Origin: Gammaproteobacteria bacterium
Lineage (GTDB): Bacteria; Pseudomonadota; Gammaproteobacteria; Pseudomonadales; Azotimanducaceae
NCBI GenBank assembly: GCA_028818795.1
Contig: JAPPND010000231.1
Location: 4,892-68,891, forward strand
Reading direction: 5' to 3'
DNA length: 64,000 nt
Both the position numbers and the translations under genes were made by a program. This document shows, piece by piece, positions 46,591-56,633 of the stretch. Every line of letters starts with the position of its first letter. Position 1 is the stretch's first letter. The notes under the pieces were generated by a model that saw only the letters and a list, made by a program, of their open reading frames with translations, was not told the origin of the DNA and made no database searches.

Positions 46591-47141
46591 TCCGCGTTGC
46601 CGCCGGAGTCGTCAAGCGCCGCGATCCGAGGGGCGAACTCGTCGTCCCATACGCTGCGGTTCACGTCGCCGACATGCTTGTAGCGGATGACGCCGACAGC
46701 GTCGACGAGAAAGGTCTCGGGCGCGCCGTAGACACCGAGGTCGACGCCTAAGTCGCCGCTGCCATCCACGACATTGAAGTCGTAGGGATCGCCGTATTCC
46801 TTGAGCCAGGCGCGGGCCTGAGACGAAACGTCCTTGTAGTTGATCCCAACGATGGATAGCCCCGTCTCCCGGCGGATCCTCATGAGCTCGCCGTGCTCGG
46901 CGAGGCAGGTCGGGCACCAGGTCGCCCAGACGTTGACCAGCCGGATTTCGCCCAGCAGGCTGCTCCGGGAGGCCCGCTCCCCCGGTGCACCCGTCAGCAC
47001 CGGCAGGTCGAACGCGGGAAACGGCTTGCCCAAGAGCGCCGACGGCAGGAGCTTGGGATCCCGCAGCGTGAACCCGAGTAAGAGCACCACCGCGAGGATG
47101 CCGAATACCGTTACCGGCAGGAACAACCTCGCGCGGTTCAT
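46587..47141 (-). CDS. ccmG: Thiol:disulfide interchange protein CcmG/DsbE
   Basis: VNVWATWCPTC and GVYGAPETFLVD motifs. Start and stop both overlap the neighbours by 4 bp. Confidence 0.92.
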   Translation of the reverse strand: MNRARLFLPVTVFGILAVVLLLGFTLRDPKLLPSALLGKPFPAFDLPVLTGAPGERASRSSLLGEIRLVNVWATWCPTCLAEHGELMRIRRETGLSIVGINYKDVSSQARAWLKEYGDPYDFNVVDGSGDLGVDLGVYGAPETFLVDAVGVIRYKHVGDVNRSVWDDEFAPRIAALDDSGGNAE

Positions 47142-49084
47142 GGCGTCGCCGGTTGCGCCCGGCCGGTACCGGGGACCGAGGTGGCCGTTCGGTGCGCTCG
47201 TTTGGCCAGTCGACGATAACGCGGGTCGGTAATCGCCAGAATGGCGCCGAAGCCCATGAGCAGGGCGCCGAGCCAGACCCAGCGCACCAGCGGCTTGTCG
47301 TTGATGCGGACTCCCCAGGAGCCGTCCGGCAGGCGTTCCCCCAGGGTGATGTAGAGGTCGCCCAGGAACCCCGGTGCGATGCCGGCCTCGGTCATGACCT
47401 GGTCCCGGGCCGGGTAGTGGCGCTTTTCCGGGTACAGCGTTACCCCGGTGCCGGTCGTGAACTCCACCCGATCCGCCGTGTAGTTCGGTCCCGCGACGCG
47501 TTCGACACGATTCAGGCGATAATCGATGCCGTTTAGCGTCACGCTGTCGCCGACGTCCATACGGGCATCCACGACGTGGGAGAACTCGCTCGTGACCCCG
47601 ATCCCGATGAGGCTCACGGCGAAACCCAGGTGGGCGGTCACCATGCCCAGGTAGCTTCGGGTGAGCGACCGGCGGCGCTTGCCGATGTCGGCCGCATGGG
47701 TCATGGCGATCCACAGTCCGAGCCCGACGGCAAACATCGCACCGACGGCGATCGCGCCGCCGAGCACGAGGGGCAGCAGCACGCCGAGAGCCAGGGCCAC
47801 CAGGAGCATGAGACCGACATTCCTGAACAGCACGACGGGTGTGCGCCGCCAGCGCGACACCGGCATCGTGGCTAGAACGGCTGCCAGCAGCAAGGCCAGG
47901 GGCACGAACGCGCGGTTGTAGTAGGGCGGGCCGATGGATGATTTTTCGCCGGCGGTCACCGCCTCGTAGGCCACCGGGTAGAGCGTGTAGATGAGGATCA
48001 CCGCGAGCGCCAACACGAGCAGCATGTTGTTGCCGAGCAGCATCAACTCCCGGGACAGGCCCCAGTATTGCGCCCGGGCCCGGATCGCCGGCGCACGCAG
48101 ACCGTATAGGACCAAGGCGCCGCCGACCGCTACCACCAGGAAGGCGAGCAGATACAGCCCGCGCTCGGGATCCACCGCAAACGCGTGGACCGAGGTCAAT
48201 ACCCCGGAGCGCACGATGAACGCGCCGAGCAGCGACAGCGAGAACGCGGCGATGGCGAGGAATACGGTCCAGCTCTTGAAGGCACCCCGCTTCTCGGTGA
48301 CCGCCAGGGAGTGGATCAGCGCCGTCCCGGCGAGCCACGGCATGAACGACGCGTTCTCGACCGGATCCCAGAACCACCAGCCACCCCAACCCAGTTCGTA
48401 GTAGGCCCACCAGCTGCCGAGCGCGATGCCGACGGTCAGAAACGCCCACGCGACATTCGCCCAGGGCCTCGTCCAGCGCGCCCATACGGCATCCAGACGA
48501 CCGGCCAACAAGGCGGCCACCGCGAACGCGAACGCCACGGCGAAGCCGACGTACCCCAGGTAGAGCATGGGCGGGTGGACGATCTGCCCGAAGTCCTGCA
48601 ATAGCGGATTGAGGTCGGCACCCTCGGCGGGTCCGCCGATCAGCCGTTCGAACGGACTGCTGACGCTTAAGAGAAACAGCAGGAAGCCGGCGTTCAACAG
48701 GCCCAACGTCCCAAGCACCCTGCCGTGGATCTCTCTGGGAACCCGCCCGCCGGCCAAGCTGACCGCCCAGGTCCAGGCGGCGAGCATCAGCGTCCACAGC
48801 AGGAACGAGCCCTCGTGACCGCCCCAGACGGCGGACACCTTGTAGTACCAGGGAAGCGCGGTGTTCGAGTTCTCGGTCACGTAGAGCACCGAGAAGTCGC
48901 TGACCACAAACGCGTAGACCAGCGCGCAGAATCCCAGGCCCACGGCGAGGAATTGGGCGAACGCCAGCACGCCCGCAATCCGGGACCAGTTGACGTTCGT
49001 CGCGCTCAGGTAGCCGACGACCGCAAGTCCCGCGGCCATGCCGAGCGCAAGAATCGTCGCGAAGTGGCCCAGTTCGACGATCAT
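47138..49084 (-). CDS. ccmF: Cytochrome c-type biogenesis heme lyase subunit CcmF
   Basis: 648 aa from MIVELGHFA. WGGWWFWDPVENASFMPWL is the WWD motif. Confidence 0.93.
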   Translation of the reverse strand: MIVELGHFATILALGMAAGLAVVGYLSATNVNWSRIAGVLAFAQFLAVGLGFCALVYAFVVSDFSVLYVTENSNTALPWYYKVSAVWGGHEGSFLLWTLMLAAWTWAVSLAGGRVPREIHGRVLGTLGLLNAGFLLFLLSVSSPFERLIGGPAEGADLNPLLQDFGQIVHPPMLYLGYVGFAVAFAFAVAALLAGRLDAVWARWTRPWANVAWAFLTVGIALGSWWAYYELGWGGWWFWDPVENASFMPWLAGTALIHSLAVTEKRGAFKSWTVFLAIAAFSLSLLGAFIVRSGVLTSVHAFAVDPERGLYLLAFLVVAVGGALVLYGLRAPAIRARAQYWGLSRELMLLGNNMLLVLALAVILIYTLYPVAYEAVTAGEKSSIGPPYYNRAFVPLALLLAAVLATMPVSRWRRTPVVLFRNVGLMLLVALALGVLLPLVLGGAIAVGAMFAVGLGLWIAMTHAADIGKRRRSLTRSYLGMVTAHLGFAVSLIGIGVTSEFSHVVDARMDVGDSVTLNGIDYRLNRVERVAGPNYTADRVEFTTGTGVTLYPEKRHYPARDQVMTEAGIAPGFLGDLYITLGERLPDGSWGVRINDKPLVRWVWLGALLMGFGAILAITDPRYRRLAKRAHRTATSVPGTGRAQPATP

Positions 49085-50157
49085 TCGACGCCAGCCTCCG
49101 GGGGGTCCTGCGCAGGCCAAGCATGGAATACCGCCTTCACCAGGGTCGCCAGCGGTATGGCGAAGAACACCCCCCAGAACCCCCACAGCGCGCCGAATAC
49201 CAATACCGCCGCGATGATCGCGATGGGGTGGAGATCGACGACTTCCGAGAACAACAGCGGCACCAGCACGTTGCCGTCGAGACCCTGGATGACCAGGTAG
49301 GCCACCATCAACACCAGGAAGTCCACGCTCCAGCCGAATTGAAGCAGTCCCACCGTGGCCACCGGGATCGTCACCACGATCGCGCCGACGAAGGGAATCA
49401 GCACGGAAACGCCCACCACCAGTCCAAGGAGCGCCGCGTAGTTCACTTCGAGGAACCAGAACGTCAGGTACGTCACCATGCCCACGATGACGATTTCGAT
49501 CAGCTTGCCGCGCAGGTAGTTCCCGATCTGGAGGCTCATCTCGCCGCCGACCTCGTTCAGGAGGCGACGTTTCCGGGGTAGCAGGGACGCGAAGGCGGCG
49601 AGCATCCGGTCGCTGTCCTTCAGAAAGAAGAACAGGGCGACCGGGGTGAGGATGAAGAACAGCATGATCCCGAGGACGTTCGACAGCAACGCCACGACGT
49701 CCTGCACCAGGTCCGCACCAAAATCGACGACCTGCTGATTCAGCGCGCCGATCCAACCGCTTGCCGTGGTCTCGGAGAAGAACTCCGGATAGCGCCGGGG
49801 CAGTTCGGAAGCCAGATCGCGAAGCTGTTCGAGAAACCCCGGCAGCGCGTTCACGAGGTCGCGCAGTTGCTGCCATACCAGGGGGAGAATGACGATGACC
49901 AGGGCCGTCAGCACGCCTAGGAAGAGCAGTTCCACCAACCCCACCGCAGCGAGACGCGGCACCCGCCAGGCCACCAGGCGAGCGACAACCCCCCGCAGCA
50001 GGAAGGCGAAGGCGAGACCAGTCAGGATCGGCGTGAGCACCGCGCCGAAGAAGATCAGGATCAGGAGCGCCGCAGCCAGGAACACCACGAGGAAGATCGC
50101 TTCCTCGTTCGCGAAATAGCGGTTGATCCAGCCGCTGATAATCTTGACGAATTTCAT
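49081..50157 (-). CDS. AI-2E (PerM/TqsA) family transporter
   Basis: 358-aa multi-TM protein (IPFVGAIVVTIPVA...LLFSEVVDLHPIAIIAAVLVFGALWGFWGVFFAIPLA). Confidence 0.85.
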   Translation of the reverse strand: MKFVKIISGWINRYFANEEAIFLVVFLAAALLILIFFGAVLTPILTGLAFAFLLRGVVARLVAWRVPRLAAVGLVELLFLGVLTALVIVILPLVWQQLRDLVNALPGFLEQLRDLASELPRRYPEFFSETTASGWIGALNQQVVDFGADLVQDVVALLSNVLGIMLFFILTPVALFFFLKDSDRMLAAFASLLPRKRRLLNEVGGEMSLQIGNYLRGKLIEIVIVGMVTYLTFWFLEVNYAALLGLVVGVSVLIPFVGAIVVTIPVATVGLLQFGWSVDFLVLMVAYLVIQGLDGNVLVPLLFSEVVDLHPIAIIAAVLVFGALWGFWGVFFAIPLATLVKAVFHAWPAQDPPEAGVE

Positions 50158-50307
50158 CGCCGTCAAGCCGTCACGCATCGCCCCAAAGCCGGGTAGGCCG
50201 CGCCCGAAGAACGCGCCTTCGCTGTGCGCCCACTCCGCCTCCGGCCCAGCCACGCCGACCGCCCACGAACCAAACGCCACGGCCGCAGGTTCCCTTTGGC
50301 GCTTGTT

Positions 50308-50565
50308 TCATGGGAGTGTGGTTTTCGGACGGCCTTTCTCAAGCAGGTAGTAGTACCGACCGTCCTCCTGCCGCGACTCCAGGAGCGGATGGCCGCTTTG
50401 CGCCGAGAACACCTCGAAGTCGCGTACCGATCCCGGGTCTGTCGCAACCACCTCCAGATGGTCGCCCGGTTGGAGCGCGTTCAAGGCCTGTTTGGCCTTC
50501 AACAGGGGCATCGGGCAATTGAGACCGGTGGCGTCGAGACGCGCCGACGGTTTCGATTCGGTCAT
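50308..50565 (-). CDS. TusA/SirA-family sulfurtransferase-like protein
   Basis: LDATGLNCPMPLLKAKQAL carries the CPxP motif. 85 aa. Confidence 0.85.
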   Translation of the reverse strand: MTESKPSARLDATGLNCPMPLLKAKQALNALQPGDHLEVVATDPGSVRDFEVFSAQSGHPLLESRQEDGRYYYLLEKGRPKTTLP

Positions 50566-50733
50566 GGCCGGATTATGGCACCGATGGACTCGGGAATGGT
50601 CATATGGCGTATGATCACGCCCTCTGGATTCTCGTCCGCGGCAATGCGTTGCCACTCGAGTCAAGTTTCGATGCCGTATTGTTGCCGTCACTCGTCGAGC
50701 CGGAGTGCCGCCGCTAGGCTTGCCAATGGCTGC

Positions 50734-52179
50734 ATGGTTCGATTGTCGTTGCGCGGCTTGTCCGTCCTGACCCTGTCCTTCGCCGTTGGCGCCGCCCAGG
50801 CGGCGGAACTGCCGGAACTGGGCGACCGGTCTTCCGGACTCGTATCGCCCACCACCGAACGGGAACTCGCCCAGATAGCGTTGAAGCAGATTCGCTCCAG
50901 CGTCGACACGATCTCCGATCCGATCCTCAAGTACTACGTCAAGGTCAATGTCCACCGCCTCGCGGAGTTTTCGGGCATCAGCGAGCCCGCGCTGACGACC
51001 GTGTTGATCGACAACCCGCAGATCAACGCGTTCGCCGTGCCGGGGGGCATCGTCGGGATCAATCTCGGCTTGTTTCTATACGCCCATGACGAGAGCGAAT
51101 ACTCGGCGGTCGTGGCGCACGAACTGGCCCACTTGGGCCAGCGCCACTACGCCCGCAGCGTCGAGCAGCAGCGCGCCATGACGCCCTGGATGCTCGCCGG
51201 TCTACTCGCCTCCCTTGCCATCGCGGCCGGCGGGGGCGGTGAAGCCGGGATGGCCGCGCTGTTCGGCACCCAGGCATACGCCCAGGACAAGGCGCTGCGT
51301 TTCAGTCGCTCCCGGGAGCAGGAGGCCGATCGCATCGGCCTCAACACCTTGGAACGCGCCGGTCTCGACCCCGACGCAATGGCGCGCATGTTCGAGCGCA
51401 TGCAGACGGCCTTTCGTTTCGTGGACAAGCCACCCGAATTCCTGCTCACCCACCCGCTTACCGAGTCCAGGATCACCGACGCGAGGAACCAGGCCGAGCG
51501 TTTCGATTCCCGGTCCGTCGAACCCTCCCTAGACTACCAGTTCATGCGTGCACGTGCCCGGGTCCACTACGCGGAATCGCCGCGCCATGCAGTGGCGGAA
51601 GCCCAGTCCCTGCGCAGCGGTGGCGACGCCGACTCCTACGCCCTTGCCGTCGCACTGTCGCGGGCCGACCGTCACGACGAGGCGGTCGAGGCCGCCCGCC
51701 GAATCCTCACGGCGCACCCGGACAGCCTGTTGATGGTGGCTTCGTTCGCCGAAATCCTGATTGCGGCAGAACGGCTCGACGAAGGCCTGGCGCTGCTATC
51801 CGACAGACTGCGAATCAATCCCGACAACGAACCGCTGACCTACCTCAAGGCCGAAGCATTGGACGCCGCCGACCGCCACGCAGAGGCCGCCGACTTGCTA
51901 TGGGTGCATACCCGTGTCAATACCGACGACGTGGACGTCTGGCACTTGCTGGCCGAGACCGCCGGTCTTGCCGGCGACACGATCGGCGTCCATCGGGCGC
52001 ACGCCGAGTACTTCGCCCTGTTCGGCGCCTATCGACAAGCCATCCAGCACATCGACTTCGCCCGTCGGCTGGTGGACGACGACGACCGACCACTGCGCGC
52101 TCGCCTGGACCAGCGCGTGCTCGATCTCAGAACGGAATACGAAGCCGCGTTGGAACAGAGCGGGCCCGGACCCGGCTAG
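50734..52179 (+). CDS. M48-family periplasmic metalloprotease with TPR domain (BepA/YfgC-like)
   Basis: Signal peptide, HELAHLGQRH (HEXXH) and a C-terminal TPR-like region. Confidence 0.85.
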   Translation: MVRLSLRGLSVLTLSFAVGAAQAAELPELGDRSSGLVSPTTERELAQIALKQIRSSVDTISDPILKYYVKVNVHRLAEFSGISEPALTTVLIDNPQINAFAVPGGIVGINLGLFLYAHDESEYSAVVAHELAHLGQRHYARSVEQQRAMTPWMLAGLLASLAIAAGGGGEAGMAALFGTQAYAQDKALRFSRSREQEADRIGLNTLERAGLDPDAMARMFERMQTAFRFVDKPPEFLLTHPLTESRITDARNQAERFDSRSVEPSLDYQFMRARARVHYAESPRHAVAEAQSLRSGGDADSYALAVALSRADRHDEAVEAARRILTAHPDSLLMVASFAEILIAAERLDEGLALLSDRLRINPDNEPLTYLKAEALDAADRHAEAADLLWVHTRVNTDDVDVWHLLAETAGLAGDTIGVHRAHAEYFALFGAYRQAIQHIDFARRLVDDDDRPLRARLDQRVLDLRTEYEAALEQSGPGPG

Positions 52180-53525
52180 AGAACGGACTCGACGTTCACC
52201 GGCAACACGAGTCGGGCTTGGGCACCGCGCCTGTCCAACCGGTTCCGAAGGGTCAGCGACCCGCCGTGGTTCTCGGCGATGTGGCGACTCAGCGTCAACC
52301 CGACGCCGGTACCGTGCGGTTTCGTCGTGTAGAAGGGCACGAACAGGTTTTCCGTGTCCGCCAGGCCCGGCCCTTGGTCCACCACGAGAACCTCGACGGT
52401 GCCGCCGTTTCTAACCCATCCCACCGCAACACCGCCACGCGCGTGCGCCTGGAGGGAGGCGTCGACTGCGTTCGCCACCAGGTTGATCAGTGCCTGTTCG
52501 AGTTGGTCTCGATCCGCTCTCAAGGTGACCTTGGGCCCCCGGCGCACACAGACCGGCAGCCGGCTCTCCAGCGCGACGACCCGATCGATCCAAGCCTCGA
52601 CATCGACATCGGCGAGCACCGGCGGCGGCAGCCGTGCCAATTGCGCATACGTCCCCATGAACCGACGCAGCGAGTCCGATCGCGTAAGAACGATATCCAG
52701 CCCCCGCTGGGCATCCCGCGCCCAGTCCGGGCGGGGTTCCCGCTCAACCAGATCACGGACGCTCGCCGCGATGGACGAAATCGGTGCCAGCGAGTTGTTG
52801 ATCTCGTGGCTCAACACGCGCACCAGCCGGCGCCAGGCTTCCCGTTCCTCGGTGCGCAGGGCCGTCGACAGGTCCGTCATCACCACCAGGGTCAAGCGCT
52901 CCCCCTCCATGCGGATGGCGCTGCGCCGGATCTGCCAACGCCGACTACCCGTTGAGTCCTCCCGCGCGATCGTGCGCGGCGCCTCCCCTTCAAGGGTCTC
53001 CTCGAGGCCGAGCTCCGACGCCGCCTTCCCAGGGAGTGCGCCGGTGACGTGGCCGGTCAACCTCTCGGCTGCTTGATTGGCCAACCGCACCTGACCCGTG
53101 GCATCGAACGCGACGACGACGACATCGATCTCCTCTAGGACGCGACGAAGGAGATTGGTCGCCTCCACCGCGCCAAGCCGCTGTTCGCGAAACATGCGCT
53201 CCAGGGCATTCACCTCGGACAACGTCGCGGCCATGAAGTCCCCCCCGCCTTCGTCCCGGGCGCGCATCGAGAATTCGCCCTCGCGCAGCGCCGCCAGCAT
53301 GTTGGCGACCGTCGCCATCGGTCGGTTCACGCGGACCCTCAGGTAGTGCGCAAGGCCAATCCAAGCCACGAGCAGAGCCAGCCCAAGCGTCCACCGAAGG
53401 CCAGCGGGGTAGTCCCCGATCAACAACAGGACGAGTGCAAGGGCCGAGGCCGGCAAGCCAACGAGCAACGCCAGCAGGAGAGTCCGTTGGTCAAGCGTCA
53501 GCCGCGCTCGTCGCATGAAGGTCAC
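52176..53525 (-). CDS. Sensor histidine kinase (NtrB-like, membrane-anchored, PAS)
   Basis: H-box is LSHEINNSLAPI. N and G boxes are NLVANAVDA, DQGPGL and GTGVGL. Confidence 0.9.
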   Translation of the reverse strand: MTFMRRARLTLDQRTLLLALLVGLPASALALVLLLIGDYPAGLRWTLGLALLVAWIGLAHYLRVRVNRPMATVANMLAALREGEFSMRARDEGGGDFMAATLSEVNALERMFREQRLGAVEATNLLRRVLEEIDVVVVAFDATGQVRLANQAAERLTGHVTGALPGKAASELGLEETLEGEAPRTIAREDSTGSRRWQIRRSAIRMEGERLTLVVMTDLSTALRTEEREAWRRLVRVLSHEINNSLAPISSIAASVRDLVEREPRPDWARDAQRGLDIVLTRSDSLRRFMGTYAQLARLPPPVLADVDVEAWIDRVVALESRLPVCVRRGPKVTLRADRDQLEQALINLVANAVDASLQAHARGGVAVGWVRNGGTVEVLVVDQGPGLADTENLFVPFYTTKPHGTGVGLTLSRHIAENHGGSLTLRNRLDRRGAQARLVLPVNVESVL

Positions 53526-53576
53526 TCGCTCGCTGGCATAGCCGACGCTTCCCGCAGCGACCGCGAAGCGGTCGCG

Positions 53577-54965
53577 TCATGTGCGAGGCAGGCCGTGGCG
53601 CTGCACCTTCCGGTACAGAGCGGTCCGGCTCAGACCGAGGTCGCGCGCCGCCCGGGTCATGTTGCCGCCGTGCCTCTCCAGTGCCTTGCCGACCAAGATT
53701 CGTTCCGCCTCCGCCAAGGTCAGCGTCTCGAACCGCAGTTGACGCTCACCTGCACTACGCAGGCCCAGGTCGCCGCTGCTCACCCAAGAGCCTGGAGACA
53801 CCAGGACCGCCCGTTCGACCGCGTGCTGCAATTCTCGTACGTTGCCCGGCCACGGGTGGCGCCGAAGGACGTCCATGGCTTCGGCGTCGAAACCGTCGAA
53901 TTCCTTGCCGTAGCGCATTGCCTCCCGGGCGAGGAAACGCACTGCCAGGGCTTCGAGATCCTCCGGTCTTTCGCGCAGTGGGGGCAGATTGATCTCCACG
54001 GTGTTGAGGCGGTAGAGCAGATCCTCCCGGAAGTCGCCGTTGCCGATCGCGGCTTCGATGTCCGCGTTGGTGGCGGAAAGCACCCGCACGTCGACCTTGC
54101 GGGAACGGGTCGACCCGACGCGTTGCACCTCGCGGCTCTCGAGAACCCGCAACAGCTTCGCCTGCTGCCCATAGGGCACGTTGGCGATCTCGTCCAGGAA
54201 CAGCGTGCCCTGGTCGGCGAGTTCGAAGCAGCCCGCCCGGTCGCTCTTCGCATCTGTGAACGCGCCCCGGACATGCCCGAACAACTCGCTCTCGAAGACG
54301 CCTTCGCTGAAACCGCCGGCATTCACGGCCAGAAACGGCTGCGAGGACCGCCGCGACGAGGCGTGCAGCCACTTCGCGACCACTTCCTTGCCCGTGCCGT
54401 GTTCGCCGGTGATCAGTACATTGGCATCCGACGGGCCGACGCTGGCCATGAGGTCGAGAATCGGACGCATGGTCCTGGACTGGGCCACGAACTCCTGCAT
54501 AGGCAATTCGTTGCGGTGACGATTGGCGTCCGCGAGGCGTTGGTTGTGACGTTTGGCCTTCCCCAATTCCAGCTGAGTCCTGATCGTGGCGATCAGACGG
54601 GCGTTGTCCCAAGGCTTCTCGATGTAGTCCTTCGCACCCCGGCGCATGGCCTCCACGGCGCCATCGACGCTGCCCCAAGCAGTCATCACAACCACCGGGA
54701 GATCCGGATCCAGTTGCCGTACCCGCCCCAAGAGGTCCATCCCCTCCTGGCCCGACGTCGTGTCGCGGGTGTAGTTGAGATCCATTAGCAGGGCGTCGGG
54801 CGGTCGTTTCTCCAGAACACGCACGACCTCATCCGGAGAATTCGCGGCGTCGACGAGGAAGCCCCCGCCCTTGAGGAGCAGGCGCAGGGCTTCGACGACG
54901 TCGGCCTGGTCGTCCGCAACGAGGATCCGAGGTTTGTTCTCGCTCATATGACCATGCCCACTCAC
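53577..54965 (-). CDS. Sigma-54-dependent response regulator (NtrC family)
   Basis: Receiver domain (ILVADDQ), AAA+ domain (GEHGTGKEV, GAFTDA, ESELFGH) and C-terminal HTH (AARDLGLSRTALYRKVQRHGL). The start is at 54965 or 54947. Confidence 0.92.
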   Translation of the reverse strand: MSGHGHMSENKPRILVADDQADVVEALRLLLKGGGFLVDAANSPDEVVRVLEKRPPDALLMDLNYTRDTTSGQEGMDLLGRVRQLDPDLPVVVMTAWGSVDGAVEAMRRGAKDYIEKPWDNARLIATIRTQLELGKAKRHNQRLADANRHRNELPMQEFVAQSRTMRPILDLMASVGPSDANVLITGEHGTGKEVVAKWLHASSRRSSQPFLAVNAGGFSEGVFESELFGHVRGAFTDAKSDRAGCFELADQGTLFLDEIANVPYGQQAKLLRVLESREVQRVGSTRSRKVDVRVLSATNADIEAAIGNGDFREDLLYRLNTVEINLPPLRERPEDLEALAVRFLAREAMRYGKEFDGFDAEAMDVLRRHPWPGNVRELQHAVERAVLVSPGSWVSSGDLGLRSAGERQLRFETLTLAEAERILVGKALERHGGNMTRAARDLGLSRTALYRKVQRHGLPRT

Positions 54966-55010
54966 CGGTCAAGAGGAACGACGGAGTGTCGCGCCGACAC
55001 CCGACCGATG

Positions 55011-56625
55011 TCACTCAATCCGCAGGGCGTCCATCGGCTCAAGCCGTATCGCTCGTCCCGCCGCAATCCAGGTCGCCAGCAACGCGGCGAACACAAGCAA
55101 TCCCGCGCCGACGAGGTATACCAGGGGATTGGTTGGCGCAACACCATACAGAACGCCCCGCAAGGCGTCGCCCGCCGCGAGGCTTGCCAACAAGCCCAGC
55201 CCGAGCCCAACAGCGAGCAGCTTCGCGGTCTCCTGCACGATCGTCCGACGCACCTTCGCGGGCGTTGCCCCGAGCGCCAAGCGGACGCCGATTTCGCTGC
55301 TGCGCCGCGCTACCAGGTAACCGACGACGCCGTAGACACCAACGACAGCCAACGTCAGCGCCGCCGCCGCTGCGATTGCCAGCAGCGTCAACAGGAAACG
55401 GGTCTGCCGCAAGGAGTACGCGAGGACTTCGCGCATCGTCCCGGCTTTCTCGACGGCGATTTCCGGGTCTAGGGACTTGAGAATCCGGCGCAACTGCGGC
55501 AGGACGGCGGTGGGTTCCGACAACCGGGTTCGAACCACGATGGTCATTGCCCCGTAGTACCAGGGCGGCTGGCCCGGAATCTGCACCAGCGGGTAGTACA
55601 CATGTACGGTGGGGTCGTCCGTCAACGGCCTTTCCCGCACCGAGAGCGGCCCGGACCGCCATGTCGTGCCTTGCCGTCTCGACGCGTGCGAGCAGCAGGC
55701 ACGCGATGTCCGCCCAGGCAACGGCAAGCAGCAAGCCGGCGGCGCCGAACAGGATGCTCAAGACCGCTGCGGCATCGCCTACGATGTAGGTCTTCAAGCC
55801 CTCGAGGCGGGTCCGGAAGCCGAACCGCTCAAGGAAGTCTTCCCAGTAGACGTCGGGATAGGCATCCGGGAGTTTCGACGTCAGGCCGTCGATCTCCGTC
55901 TGGGCGCCCGGCAGCGTCGCATCGGGGCGGAGTTTCGCGACGACGAACAAACTGTGCTGGTTGTAGTGCGGGCCGCTCGGATTGATGACTTTCGGCAGCC
56001 ATACATCCGTGTCGTCCGTGAGCTTCTCGCCAAGCGGTTCGATGACGCCGATGATCGGAACGGCAAACGCGGGGCCGCCGATCGCGCCGGAGTCGAGATG
56101 GACCTTCTTGCCGACGATGTTCGCATCGGCACCGAACTGCGTCTCCCAGAAAGCGCGGGAGACAACCGCGGCAAGCGGTGCCCCGGGATCGTCATCCGTC
56201 TCGACGAAGGGACGCCCGACGATCGGGCGGGCGCCGAGCATCCGGTGGACGCCCGCCGTCGCAATGGAGATTCGCGCCCGGACGGTTGAACTCGCGCCCT
56301 CCGGTCGCACGCTCGCGACCTGGTACTCCATCGCGCCGATGTCCGCAAACGATCTGGCGTGTTGCCTGAAGTAGACGAACTGCGCCGACGAAGCGCCCCA
56401 CTCCGCGTCCTTTCCGGCACCCGGTACCTCACTGTGCACAACCACCAACCGGTCGGCATCGGGATAGGCCAGCGGATCGACAAGGGCCTGTTTGACCAGG
56501 GCAAAGACCGTCGCCGTCGCCCCGATCCCCAAACCGAGCACGAGCACGGCGACGACCGTGAATCCGCGCGCACGCGCGAGGCCCCGCGCCGCCTGGCGGA
56601 GTTCCGTTGGCCAAACAAGGGACAT
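55011..56625 (-). pseudogene. ADOP-type duplicated FtsX permease paralogue with internal deletion and frameshift
   Basis: The N-terminal frame (MSLVWPTELRQAARGLARARGFT...RAALGAGKA) and the C-terminal frame (VYYPLVQIPG...RLEPMDALRIE) each parallel the 839-aa neighbour. They are in different frames and about 280 residues are missing between them, with the junction near nt 55600-55640. Confidence 0.65.
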
Positions 56626-56633
56626 GGTCGCTA

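Noticed and set aside
55526-55536. gggttcgaacc, a tRNA T-arm-like string.
   Set aside because: It lies inside the ADOP permease remnant, and no acceptor or anticodon stem can be folded around it. I saw no tRNA-like cloverleaf anywhere in the window.
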